A DNA stretch of 47,943 bases, taken from an archaeon. GTDB lineage: Archaea > SpSt-1190. Position numbers and translations under genes: made by a program. How positions within the stretch are numbered: position 1 is the first letter of the stretch; every line of letters begins with the position of its first letter. Below, in pieces: positions 18,081 to 27,590 of the stretch. Under the pieces are notes generated by a model, which ran no database searches, had not been told where the DNA came from, and saw nothing but the letters and a program-made list of their open reading frames with translations. Location: the NCBI GenBank assembly GCA_011049195.1, contig DSCG01000004.1, forward strand, positions 1 through 47,943, written 5' to 3'.

Positions 18081-18310
18081 AGGGTTGGAAGGCACCAGAC
18101 CAGTCCTTTGCCCGGGAGAGGAGAAATGAGTTGGTCTGTGGTAAGGGTTGGAAGGCACCAGACCAGTCCTTTGCCCGGGAGAGGAGAAATGAGTTGGTCT
18201 GTGGTAAGGGTTGGAAGGCACCAGACCAGTCCTTTGCCCGGGAGTGGAGAAATGAGTTGGTCTGTGGTAAGGGTTGGAAGGCACCAGACCAGTCCTTTGC
18301 CCGGGAGAGG
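18081..18310. repeat. 63-bp tandem repeat, 3 full copies plus a 41-bp partial
   Basis: Unit AGGGTTGGAAGGCACCAGACCAGTCCTTTGCCCGGGAGAGGAGAAATGAGTTGGTCTGTGGTA starting at 18081, 18144, 18207, 18270; single A>T change at 18245. Confidence 0.97.
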
Positions 18311-18360
18311 GGGCGCTTGGTGGGCCGCGTTTTATTTAAAGTCCTGAATTTGGCAGTCCC

Positions 18361-20127
18361 ATGGGCAAAGGGCAGTCGGGGGTTCTCCGTTTCCGGCAGG
18401 TGAGCCTGTTGGCCCTGCTCATGTTGATACCCGTTGCCGCCGCCACCCTGACTGTGCCCGCGGTTGATAGCAACATGAAAGGGGTGTTGGTGGAACTAAC
18501 CTGCGAACTGGTGCCCGGTCAGGGGCGCGTTCTGGTGACCACCGAGCCCTACATAGGAGTGAGTACCCAGGAAAGTGAAAGAACCGCCCTTGCCGTGGTC
18601 AAGGCAAGTGAAGGTTCTGAAGATTTTGAAGGCAAAGATGTGTTATTCATTTTCAGCGCGGAGGGAACCGCCTCCATAGATGGCGGAAGTGCGGGTGCAG
18701 CCATGGCAGTGTGTCTGCTGGCCGAGCTCCGCAACCAGAGTCTGAGCCCGGGGGTCAGCATGACGGGGGGCGTTGATATGCTGGGCAGGGTGGTCCAGGT
18801 CGGGGGTGTGCTACCCAAAGCCGGGGCCGTCGCGGACTTTGCCAGAGTTTTCCTGATTCCGGCAGGCCAGCAGAGGAGCTTGACATACACCAAAACATTC
18901 ACCACTCCGCGTGAAGGCATTTACATAGAAGAAGTCACCCCTCTTGAAATCAATATTCCCGAATACGCTGCCGCCACCTGGAACCTGACAGTGGTTGAGG
19001 TGGCAAGTGTGGATGAGGCCTACTTGTGGTTCACGGGAGCGTGGGTGGATGCACGGGAAGTCCTGCAATTTGAACTGCCGGAGTTCACCCGTGAGCTGAC
19101 GGGAGTGGAGGCCCTGGCGGAGAAGGCCCTCAAGAGAGCTGAGAGTCTGGTGGGGAGTGCCAACGATACCCTGTCATCCAGTTATCTGGAACAGGCTAAA
19201 AATATACCCGCGGGCTATCCTTACACCCAGGCCAACCTGGCTTTTCTGGCAGCCGTCACCTCCCAGACCTCCTGGGATGATGTGGAGCCCGTGGCCCGGG
19301 AGTTACTCAAACAGATGAAAAGTCTGGAGCCAGGTGATCCTTACTGGCGGGCCGAGGCCGAACTGCGCCTCAGCTGGGCTCTGTTTAAGGAACAGAACCT
19401 CATGGCTCAGAAGGACTGGCTGATTATAGCCGCCAACATGCTAACTCTGGAAACCTTCACCAACGAGAGTGTGGATATGGCTAAGGTGGCCAGACTGGCC
19501 AACCAGCAGATAGTGGAGGCCAAACAGGTGGTGGAGGAAAGCCGGATGGTGGCGGGGCAGGAGCCCAGCGCCGATGCCGCTTTGGACCTGGCCCTTGAAA
19601 GTCTGGAAGATGAGCTTTATTTTGCAGCCCTTTACAATGCTCTGGATGCCATGGCCTGGGCGGAGGCCTCCAAGGGAGCAAGCCAGGACTACCTGAAGAG
19701 TATGTTTGAACAGGAGAAACAGACAGACTTTGCGGAAGCTTACAGGCGTCACGCCATTTATCTGCTCAACCAAGCTGGGGGCGACAGGGAGGTCATCAAG
19801 GGGGCTCTGTTTTCAGCCTACCGGGCCGACCTGAGGGATGAGATTTTTGAAGAGCTGGACAGGCTACCCTGGTCCCCGGAGTGGGGGGCCCTTGACTGGA
19901 AGTGGCTGGCCATATTGGGGTTGGGGGTTTATGTGGCAAGGGATCTAGTGACCAAAAACAGGAAGGGGGCCACCGCCAGAAAGACATCCGCCACTGCAGA
20001 ACAGGACATGGTGCTACTGGCCGAAGCCAAAGGAAAGGCAGTCGCCTTCCTGCAGGAAAAATTAAGAAACGGGGAAATCACCCGCGAGGCCTACATCCGG
20101 CTTGTCAGGAAGCTGGAAGGTCTGTAG
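18361..20127 (+). CDS. Secreted/membrane Lon-like (S16) serine protease, ATPase-less archaeal type
   Basis: Signal peptide, IDGGSAG catalytic Ser, VGGVLPK catalytic Lys, C-terminal TM plus GEITREAY SHOCT-like tail. Confidence 0.88.
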   Translation: MGKGQSGVLRFRQVSLLALLMLIPVAAATLTVPAVDSNMKGVLVELTCELVPGQGRVLVTTEPYIGVSTQESERTALAVVKASEGSEDFEGKDVLFIFSAEGTASIDGGSAGAAMAVCLLAELRNQSLSPGVSMTGGVDMLGRVVQVGGVLPKAGAVADFARVFLIPAGQQRSLTYTKTFTTPREGIYIEEVTPLEINIPEYAAATWNLTVVEVASVDEAYLWFTGAWVDAREVLQFELPEFTRELTGVEALAEKALKRAESLVGSANDTLSSSYLEQAKNIPAGYPYTQANLAFLAAVTSQTSWDDVEPVARELLKQMKSLEPGDPYWRAEAELRLSWALFKEQNLMAQKDWLIIAANMLTLETFTNESVDMAKVARLANQQIVEAKQVVEESRMVAGQEPSADAALDLALESLEDELYFAALYNALDAMAWAEASKGASQDYLKSMFEQEKQTDFAEAYRRHAIYLLNQAGGDREVIKGALFSAYRADLRDEIFEELDRLPWSPEWGALDWKWLAILGLGVYVARDLVTKNRKGATARKTSATAEQDMVLLAEAKGKAVAFLQEKLRNGEITREAYIRLVRKLEGL

Positions 20128-20183
20128 AAAGGTTATAAATCAAGGAGTGGAAGTTTTCCGCGTGCCTGAGGGGGTTGACAGAC

Positions 20184-20729
20184 ATGAAAGTGATTATTAT
20201 TGGAGTGCCGGGAGTTGGAAAAACCTCAGTGGCCAATGGCATGGCCACTGCGGGGTGGAAATTGGTGGTCTTCGGGGACCTGATGCTGGCCGAAGCCAAA
20301 AGGAAATTCGGGGTTGCCGACAGGGACGAAATGAGGTCCCGCATTAATGTAACGGGTTACAAGCGCCTTCAGATGGCTGCCGCCAGGCGGATTGCTCTCA
20401 TGAGGGGGAAGGTGCTGGTAGATACCCACGGTACCATTCTCAAAGAGGGGTGGTATTATCCCGGCCTTCCCATGAAGCAGTTGCTGGCCATGAAGGTGGA
20501 TGGTCTGGTGGTAATTGAAGCCGATGAAAAGGACATCAAAGCCCGCCGGGACAGGGACAAAGGCAAGCGCAAAAGAGAGGGCGACATTCTTCAACACCAG
20601 CAAACCAACAAGGAGTTTGCCGCCGCCTACGCGGCACTGGCGGGTATTCCTGTGATATACGTGGCCAACCATGAGGGCAAACTGGCTGAAACCATAGAGG
20701 CCGTTAAAAAGGCCTGCGAGCATTTATGA
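20184..20729 (+). CDS. adkA: Archaeal adenylate kinase
   Basis: GVPGVGKT, FGDLM, DRDEMR, VDTH, YYPGLP. Confidence 0.95.
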   Translation: MKVIIIGVPGVGKTSVANGMATAGWKLVVFGDLMLAEAKRKFGVADRDEMRSRINVTGYKRLQMAAARRIALMRGKVLVDTHGTILKEGWYYPGLPMKQLLAMKVDGLVVIEADEKDIKARRDRDKGKRKREGDILQHQQTNKEFAAAYAALAGIPVIYVANHEGKLAETIEAVKKACEHL

Positions 20730-21469
20730 ATATGGGAAAGGCAGACAGGATTTCGGCCTGGCGCAGGGTTGAAAGGACAGTAAGCCAGAGCCATGTGGTG
20801 CTTGAGCTTGTGGATGCCCGCTTCCCCTTTCGGAGTGACAGGCTCAGAAAACTTGTCAATATGAAAAGACGCAGTCTGGTGCTCATCATCAACAAAGCGG
20901 ATTTGCTTTCCCCTGATGAGGCCGGCAAACTGGCGGAAAAAACGGGAGGTCTGCTGGTGTCGGCCAGCCGTCGCAGAGGTAAAGCCAAACTCATCCGTTT
21001 GCTGAAATCCCGGGTTCGGGGCGATCAGGAACTGAGAGTGGGTATAGTCGGCAGACCTAATGTGGGCAAAAGCAGTCTGATAAATTATCTGTCCGGACGG
21101 AAGAGCGCCGGGGTCGGGGCCGAAGCAGGCTTCACCAAAGGTGAACAGTGGGTGAAGCTGAGTGAAAACCCCGATATTCTGCTGATTGATTCCCCCGGCA
21201 TCATATACGAAAGTGATGATGAGAGTGAATTGGTACTCCAGAATGCTCTGGAGATTGACAAGCATGAAGACCCGGTGGAAGTTGCCCTGTTGTTGATAAA
21301 AAAACATCCCGGGGTTCTGAAGGATTTCGGGGTTCGTGAAGAGGGTGATGTCGCGTTGGAACAGTTGGCCGTGAAGATGGGAAAGCTCAAAAAAGGCGGT
21401 GAGCCCAACCTGGTTGAAACCGCCAAAATACTAGTCCGCAGATGGCAGAGAGGTCAGGGCCCGAAATAA
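20726..21469 (+). CDS. Circularly permuted GTPase, RbgA/YlqF family
   Basis: DARFP, NKAD, then GRPNVGKSS, GFT, DSPG (G4-G1-G3 order). Confidence 0.92.
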   Translation: MNMGKADRISAWRRVERTVSQSHVVLELVDARFPFRSDRLRKLVNMKRRSLVLIINKADLLSPDEAGKLAEKTGGLLVSASRRRGKAKLIRLLKSRVRGDQELRVGIVGRPNVGKSSLINYLSGRKSAGVGAEAGFTKGEQWVKLSENPDILLIDSPGIIYESDDESELVLQNALEIDKHEDPVEVALLLIKKHPGVLKDFGVREEGDVALEQLAVKMGKLKKGGEPNLVETAKILVRRWQRGQGPK

Positions 21470-22446
21470 GTGATTTCAACAGGTTTTCGGTCAAAAGTGG
21501 GCCAGTATTCCACAAGCCGGCCACCTTTGGTCTTCCGGGCTTTGGCGGGGCTGGTGGGAAGCCATTTTCCTGATGCGTCCTTCACTTCCCCCACCAGCAG
21601 GGTGCCTTCCTCAGTAACCTGTTCAAATGGGCGGGCGATGTGGGTCGCGGTCCGCTTGTAGCGTTCCACCAGCTGGGTGAATAATTTGGTGCGGGCGGAA
21701 CAATAGTGAAGAGTCAGGTTGATGTCGAGAGAGGTTTTAGCCCAATCCAGAAGGTCAAGGGCCAGAGTTTCACTGCCTTCCACTTCAAGACTGCCCGGCT
21801 CCCCGTCTTTGTGAAGAAACCCCCGGCGGATGAGGGCGGGGAAATTGCTGTCGCTGAATTCAAACTCGTTGAGGTTAATGAAAGTCACTCCCGCGACATC
21901 CATTTTGTGAATGTATGTTTTGAGTTTTTCGGCCTGCCCGGGAATAACGGGCACTTCGGCCCCCACCTCCCAGGCATCACCGAGAGCCAGAGCATTCCGC
22001 GGGTCAGCCCAGTGAAAGCGGATTTCATCCACCCCGGCATCATAGGCCCGGGCCAGAAGCCGGGGGTCTGTGGTGCGGGTGTAGAGGTGGATGTGAAATT
22101 TCGGACTGAAGTTTTCCTTCAAGGCCTGAATGAAACTGAAGGTTTTTTGGGATTTCAGGGGGTCGCCCCCAGTCACGCCAGCACCCAGGGCCTTCATGTC
22201 GCGGGCTTCATCCAACAGGTCGTCAATCCCCCGAACGGGTCGCTCGTTGGCAAATGCCCGGTCAACCCCTTTTTTCTCCGGGGAGATGGGGCAGTAAAAA
22301 CAGGAGTGGTCACACCTGCCCGTAGCGAAGAGCACCAGCTTGGCCCCGCGACCGCACAACCGGCAACCTTTGGGTGGCTGGGGGCTGGCCTTTGGGCCCA
22401 AAACGGGACCCACCTTGGTGCATCTGACAACGCCGGAGCCGGCCAT
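21454..22446 (-). CDS. Radical SAM protein (archaeal COG2108-like)
   Basis: GCRLC..G.KLVLF.TG.CDHSCFYCP, TGGDP, DEIRFH, NLNEFE. Confidence 0.9.
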   Translation of the reverse strand: MAGSGVVRCTKVGPVLGPKASPQPPKGCRLCGRGAKLVLFATGRCDHSCFYCPISPEKKGVDRAFANERPVRGIDDLLDEARDMKALGAGVTGGDPLKSQKTFSFIQALKENFSPKFHIHLYTRTTDPRLLARAYDAGVDEIRFHWADPRNALALGDAWEVGAEVPVIPGQAEKLKTYIHKMDVAGVTFINLNEFEFSDSNFPALIRRGFLHKDGEPGSLEVEGSETLALDLLDWAKTSLDINLTLHYCSARTKLFTQLVERYKRTATHIARPFEQVTEEGTLLVGEVKDASGKWLPTSPAKARKTKGGRLVEYWPTFDRKPVEITYFGP

Positions 22447-22484
22447 AAGGTTTCCTTCTGAGGGAATTTAAGAGCTTACTCCCT

Positions 22485-22760
22485 TCATTTGGAAAGGGTT
22501 ATTTCAATAGAGGACACGTTGATGTCCTCGCCCTTTTCACCTTTGATGGTTTCGGTTCCGGTCTTGATTTCAGATATTTTAACATCTGCCATAAACCGGT
22601 TTCTAACAATTTCGGCGACATCCACTGCACGGCTGATGGCCTTGCCACGAGCCTTTATCTGCACCTGTTTGAGGCCTCCATGGAACTGGGTCACCACTGC
22701 GAGTACATAGCTCATGGGGGATTTGGTTCCAATGAATACCACTCCGTCCTGACCTGCCAT
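22485..22760 (-). CDS. albA: DNA/RNA-binding protein Alba
   Basis: [31 protein letters not shown]. Confidence 0.97.
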   Translation of the reverse strand: MAGQDGVVFIGTKSPMSYVLAVVTQFHGGLKQVQIKARGKAISRAVDVAEIVRNRFMADVKISEIKTGTETIKGEKGEDINVSSIEITLSK

Positions 22761-22831
22761 AGTTCATCACCTGAAAAAGATTTCAAGGGGGGTTTAAAAA
22801 AGGTTATTAACCTCCAATTCCTGAACATACC

Positions 22832-23458
22832 GTGGCCTACTCCGTCTGCAGGTGTGTTTATGGCTCGGCAGTCAGGAACTCCAAACAAGCCCTGGTGGCT
22901 GCCATCGCCCGTTATTTGGAAATACTGAAGACTTCAGCCAAGGTCTCCCTGAATATTGAGTATCAGGGGCCCGTTGAGCTTACCATCGTCCAGCCGTCAG
23001 GCATAAGTGTGACCAGTAAAGAGGAGAACATCACGGAAGCGGTCTACAAAGAGTTGGCTTCCGCCCAGCAATTCCGGCTGGAGTTTAAGGTGGCAGGTCG
23101 CGCCAAAAATGCAAAAAAACTGCTTCGAGAAGGTAGCAAGGTTTTTTTCTGGTATGATGAGGACAAACATCAGGGCAACTCCATGAATGTGGAATTTGTG
23201 ACCCAATATAGCGACCGGGTGCTGAATGAACGGATGTTGGTGTTGTTCATGCCCCTGAATCTTATCAAGGCCGCCAACTTCAGGAAGCTGGCGGAAAATA
23301 TGAATTCCCGGCTGAGGGATTTGTGGGAAAATGTGCTGGTCAATTATACAGGAGCCAGCATGACCAAAAGCGAGGAAACATACACTCTGCAGAAGTATGA
23401 GCCGGACAGCATAGTGATGAATATTTTCGGCAAGCTGATAAAAGTCAGGAAGACCTGA
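22832..23458 (+). CDS. Hypothetical protein
   Basis: 208-aa ORF with GTG start 28 nt after TTATTAA; fills the intergenic space. Confidence 0.7.
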   Translation: MAYSVCRCVYGSAVRNSKQALVAAIARYLEILKTSAKVSLNIEYQGPVELTIVQPSGISVTSKEENITEAVYKELASAQQFRLEFKVAGRAKNAKKLLREGSKVFFWYDEDKHQGNSMNVEFVTQYSDRVLNERMLVLFMPLNLIKAANFRKLAENMNSRLRDLWENVLVNYTGASMTKSEETYTLQKYEPDSIVMNIFGKLIKVRKT

Positions 23459-23511
23459 GTCACTTTTTGGTCCCGGTTTTGTCACGAGCTACGACGAGTG
23501 ATAAAAGCGGG

Positions 23512-23898
23512 TTATTGGTCTTCCCGCTTCAGGAGTTTTCTGCCCATAACTGTCCAATAGACAATTTCCTGACCGGCCTGGAACTCCATGCCCTCGGGGA
23601 TTTCCTCATCAAAGGTCTCATAACTCTGGGCGTCCATGAGCTGGACGGTGCTTCCGCCCACATTCAGCACCTGGGCCTGGCGCCGCTCAATAATAGGAAC
23701 CTCAACTTTGGTGCCACTGGGTTTGATGACTGACCGCTTGCTCTTGTCAAACAGGCTCACGGCGTCTATGCGGGACTTGGCGTGGCCGTGTTTACCGGGG
23801 GCCGAAGTCTGTATGCCTGTAATTTTGGAGGGATGACCGTCCAGTATGATAAAGCGTCCTTTGCGGAGCTTGACGACATCTTCAAAGGTGGTTTCCAT
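23512..23898 (-). CDS. eif5a: Translation factor aIF5A
   Basis: SAPGKHGHAK hypusine motif, QLMD. Confidence 0.97.
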   Translation of the reverse strand: METTFEDVVKLRKGRFIILDGHPSKITGIQTSAPGKHGHAKSRIDAVSLFDKSKRSVIKPSGTKVEVPIIERRQAQVLNVGGSTVQLMDAQSYETFDEEIPEGMEFQAGQEIVYWTVMGRKLLKREDQ

Positions 23899-23991
23899 AA
23901 CAAAGCCAGAGGGCCGGGGTATAAAAGACTTGACATCAAAAGGATAGCAACTATTGAGTAATTAATTTAAACTCAAATTTTACAGCATGTC

Positions 23992-24540
23992 ATGATCACA
24001 GAATGGTCCATGAAGTTTGATGAATACATATCAGAAACCACCGGACAATGGGTTGAGACAACCATTTCTTTGGTTAATAAGTTCCAGAATTATCTTCATT
24101 TTCACAAAATCAAAGACAAACAGATTTATGTGGTTGACTTCTCACCGGACCTGAATAATCTCTTCCGGCCCGTAGAAACTCCCATGGAAGACGTTTTCTC
24201 AGTCATCGGGGCTACCCGAAAAGGCGAATATCATGACTTGTCGGATTTCAACGGAAGCATAGTGGCGGAGTTTGTGGTTTTTGAAACGGCACCCGAAAAA
24301 ATTGATGGGTTTCGGAAACAGATTTCAGAAAAATTTCCTGCTTTGAAGTATGACTTCAGAAAAATCGGGGGTGCCGGCTATGTATGTATCGAAACGGAAC
24401 CTTTGAAAAAGAATATCGTTGAACTGGATAAATTTGAATTCGAGAGCATTCTGGACGTTTATGGAGAACATCTGAAAAAGGTGTTGGAAGTTGCTCTGGA
24501 ACACACCCGGCAGGAAACTTTCTATGAGATAGAGATGTGA
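23992..24540 (+). CDS. Hypothetical acidic protein (lower GC)
   Basis: 182-aa ORF; TTTAAA 26 nt upstream. Confidence 0.72.
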   Translation: MITEWSMKFDEYISETTGQWVETTISLVNKFQNYLHFHKIKDKQIYVVDFSPDLNNLFRPVETPMEDVFSVIGATRKGEYHDLSDFNGSIVAEFVVFETAPEKIDGFRKQISEKFPALKYDFRKIGGAGYVCIETEPLKKNIVELDKFEFESILDVYGEHLKKVLEVALEHTRQETFYEIEM

Positions 24541-24541
24541 T

Positions 24542-25663
24542 TCAGAATACCGGAAACCTGCCCTTCACGAAGCCCTCAGTTATTTCAGGTAATCTGGCCA
24601 GTTCGTCCCTGACCAACTGGTCCAGCCCGGTTGCGTCGGTGCGTAGCAGGACTATGGCCGGCTCTGTTACCGGGTGGCCGATACGGCTCTGTAGTATAAC
24701 TTCCGCGGGTTTCCCGGTTTCCTGATAAATCCTGTCGGCGATAAGCTGGGCCATAGTGTTGTAGAGTTTGCCTACATGGCTGACGGGGTTCTTGCCGGCC
24801 GCGGCTTCAAGGGACATGGGCCGGGCGGGGGTGATGAGACCGTTGACGCGGTTGCCACGACCGACCTCGCCATCGTCCCCCTGTTCGGCGCTGGTGCCGA
24901 GAGTGGTCAGATAAACCTGGTCTATGTTTTCATACCGGTCAAGGGTGTTGATGACCAGATTGTTTTTGCCTTTCATGTTGAACTTCTCCCTGAGGATGTC
25001 GGTGATGGCCTCCTTGCTACGACGGTAGGCGGTCATGTCGGCCAGATGCCGGTCTATGAAGGCCATGGCGATGGTAGCATCCAGACAACCATCATTCCAG
25101 TGAGTCATTATCTTTATGTCCATGCCAACCTCCGGCCATTCACTCCTGAACTGCCGGCCGGTGAGGAAGGCCCCGATGTCCTTGGTCAGTTGTTCGGCCT
25201 CTGTGAATGGAGCGAAGGCCACACCCACACTGGTGTCGTTGGCCTTGACCTCAGAAACGGTGTCGCACAGTTCGCCGGCACCTTTACCGATGGCACATTC
25301 CAGCTGGAAGTGTTCGGGGCGGGCGTCGGGTAGAATACTGAGCAGATAGTTCAGAGCGGCCTCAGTTGTGATTTCTTTTACGGGAACGCAGGGGGTGGCA
25401 CGCCCCGCCAGAATGATGCGGATGGGGGTGGTGATGCGACCCCCGCCCCATTGAGTCTCAGACTGGCCGGCCACCAACAGCACCTTGTCCACATTGTGGT
25501 GCTGGATAACTCCGGTCTCCCTGAGGTAGGCTTTGGAAAGTTCGCGGGACATGGCCTCAGCCACGCCGTCACAAAGTGAATCGGGATGTCCAATCTCTTT
25601 CCGTTCCACCACCTCACTGGTCATGTATATCGGGTGGGGCACAGTCACTATTTTAACAGACAT
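24542..25663 (-). CDS. mat: S-adenosylmethionine synthetase, archaeal type
   Basis: VERK.IGHPD..CD, HHNVDK, ANDTS, GTSAEQGDDGEVGRGNR, GKNPVSHVGKLYN. Confidence 0.95.
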   Translation of the reverse strand: MSVKIVTVPHPIYMTSEVVERKEIGHPDSLCDGVAEAMSRELSKAYLRETGVIQHHNVDKVLLVAGQSETQWGGGRITTPIRIILAGRATPCVPVKEITTEAALNYLLSILPDARPEHFQLECAIGKGAGELCDTVSEVKANDTSVGVAFAPFTEAEQLTKDIGAFLTGRQFRSEWPEVGMDIKIMTHWNDGCLDATIAMAFIDRHLADMTAYRRSKEAITDILREKFNMKGKNNLVINTLDRYENIDQVYLTTLGTSAEQGDDGEVGRGNRVNGLITPARPMSLEAAAGKNPVSHVGKLYNTMAQLIADRIYQETGKPAEVILQSRIGHPVTEPAIVLLRTDATGLDQLVRDELARLPEITEGFVKGRFPVF

Positions 25664-25740
25664 GGGAAGGGGGGGAGAATGCGGTTATAAAGTTAGTCAT
25701 TCCGAAACTAATTAAAATAGTAAAGTTGGAATAATACGGG

Positions 25741-26280
25741 ATGCATGTGGTGATGCCCAAATTAAGTGAGCTGGTGGCCAAGAGAAGGGTGTTGGGGCTG
25801 ACCCAGGCCCAGCTCGCGGAGCAGGTGGATATCAGCCAGTCAGCGGTTGCCAAAATTGAGAAAGGCAGGATGGTGCCCAATTACAACATGGCCAAAAGGC
25901 TGTTTGAGGCCTTGGAACATCTGGAAAGGGGGGCCGAAAAAACGGCAGGAGATATTATGAAGAAAAAGGTGTGTTGGGTGGGGCCCGACGACCCGCTGGG
26001 CAGGGCCGCAGAAATGATGACCCGACATGGCATTTCCAATCTGCCGGTGCTGGAAGCCGGAGTCTCCGTGGGCAGAATAACTGATGGAGTGGTAATTGCA
26101 GGGGGACGGGAAAATTATGACAAGGCATGCCGGAAAGTCATGGGCCCCTCTCTGCCCGCAGTACCGGAGAGCACCCCTGCAGGCGTGGTGAGGGAACTGC
26201 TGAAGAGGGAAAGTCTGGTGGTGGTAACCGGGGAGGCCGGCAAGGTGCGGGGTGTGGTGTCCCGGAGCGACATACTTTAG
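25741..26280 (+). CDS. XRE-HTH + CBS-domain transcriptional regulator
   Basis: R..LGLTQAQLA...ISQSAVAKIEKG HTH followed by a CBS pair (AGDIM, LPVL, GVVSRSDIL). Confidence 0.92.
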   Translation: MHVVMPKLSELVAKRRVLGLTQAQLAEQVDISQSAVAKIEKGRMVPNYNMAKRLFEALEHLERGAEKTAGDIMKKKVCWVGPDDPLGRAAEMMTRHGISNLPVLEAGVSVGRITDGVVIAGGRENYDKACRKVMGPSLPAVPESTPAGVVRELLKRESLVVVTGEAGKVRGVVSRSDIL

Positions 26281-26424
26281 GTGACCGCTTGAAAATCGGA
26301 AACCAAAGCGGGGAGGTCGCAGTCAAATGGACAGTCAGAGGGAGAAGCTGGTGGCTGTGACGGGAAAGTGGAGCAGAGTGCGGAGCGTGGTTTCACGCAG
26401 GGATACACTGTAGGAAGTGAAAAG

Positions 26425-27543
26425 ATGATGATTGGTGAATGGGAGCTGAAATTGAATCGGGAGTTTGGCAGGAAGGTGGCCAAGTGGTCGGCCTGGGTTG
26501 CAGGTCTGATGCTTTTTCTGGCGATGACCTGGCAGGTGGGAGTCATTCACTTTGAAAAAGTCCAGCGAACCCCTGCGACCTCTTGTGGCAATCTGGTCTG
26601 TGAAGGGGGGGAGGAACTGGTTTGTCCTGATTGCGTCCCTGGGACGGTGCTGGTAAATCAGGAGCCTATCCTGAACCTGAAAGTTGACAAGGGTTATATT
26701 TACTATTCTTACTGCACCACCGTCAGGTCAGGCAAACAGGTCCTGCGGATTTACCGGATGACCACGGAGGGTCTGGGCAGGAAGCTGTTTTATGAAGGAG
26801 AGCTGGCGGAATGCACCAACGACCTGCTTGTGGATGACCGTCTGGTTTATGTGGCGGGCAGGGAAACCAACAGCTCCCCTTTCCGTATTTTTGGTATCTC
26901 CCTAACAAACGGGGAAAGGGTGACTCTGGCCGAAATCAGGCCGGGCAAATTCAACGAAACCTTTCACCATATGATGAAGGATGACTACATGCTCTACTGG
27001 ACCACTCTCACGGCAGAGGGACAGGGTCAGACCCGGGTCTACCGCCTCGGGGATGAAGGACAGGAGCTTTACATGGTCCTGTCGGAAGGCGGGGTTTCCA
27101 GGGACATTATCTACCATCTCAAAGACGGGGTGCTTTACTATGCCTATTCAGGGTGGAATTCCTCAGAGGAAAATCTGAACAAGGGAATCGCCCTGGCTTT
27201 CGGCAATAACAGGCTGGTGCAGACCGACCGGACCCCTGACCAGCTCAGATGGGTGGCCTCAGGCAGAACCCTGGACCAGCTGGCGACTCTGACCAACACC
27301 ACCAACCTGCCAAACATCTACAGGTGGTCGGAGCTGTTTTATTTTATGCCGGAAAGGGAGAGGAGTGTATATGACAGGGTCTTCAGACTCAACCTGCAGA
27401 CTGACCAGGCCGAGCTTTTCATATCCCCGCCATTCCAGAACCCTGACCAGTGGACGGACCTGAAAGTGGATTTTGATGATAGGTATGTGTATTACCTTTA
27501 CCGCGGGCCCTACACTTTCATAGCGAAAAAGCTCATGGGTTAA
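26425..27543 (+). CDS. Membrane-anchored extracellular protein with Cys-rich module and probable beta-propeller
   Basis: TM helix, CGNLVCEGGE...CPDC motif, repeated D..Y(I/V)Y(Y/W) blades; start uncertain (26368-26428). Confidence 0.7.
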   Translation: MMIGEWELKLNREFGRKVAKWSAWVAGLMLFLAMTWQVGVIHFEKVQRTPATSCGNLVCEGGEELVCPDCVPGTVLVNQEPILNLKVDKGYIYYSYCTTVRSGKQVLRIYRMTTEGLGRKLFYEGELAECTNDLLVDDRLVYVAGRETNSSPFRIFGISLTNGERVTLAEIRPGKFNETFHHMMKDDYMLYWTTLTAEGQGQTRVYRLGDEGQELYMVLSEGGVSRDIIYHLKDGVLYYAYSGWNSSEENLNKGIALAFGNNRLVQTDRTPDQLRWVASGRTLDQLATLTNTTNLPNIYRWSELFYFMPERERSVYDRVFRLNLQTDQAELFISPPFQNPDQWTDLKVDFDDRYVYYLYRGPYTFIAKKLMG

Positions 27544-27590
27544 TTTCCGACCTCAAAAGTTAAAAACCATAAAGCCGGAAGGGTTGTGAT

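Noticed and set aside
18081..18310. CRISPR array interpretation (41-bp repeat plus 22-bp spacer)
   Set aside because: The would-be spacers are identical and the unit lacks the Cas12a repeat handle; it is a tandem repeat.
18048..18403. 21-aa-repeat ORFs in three frames over the array
   Set aside because: Expected from a stop-poor 63-bp period. ATG 18060 is too close to the TATA for the local spacing, so none was called as a CDS.
26296..26308. 13-bp match TCGGAAACCAAAG also at 38229-38241
   Set aside because: Only two copies in unrelated contexts; cannot be distinguished from chance.
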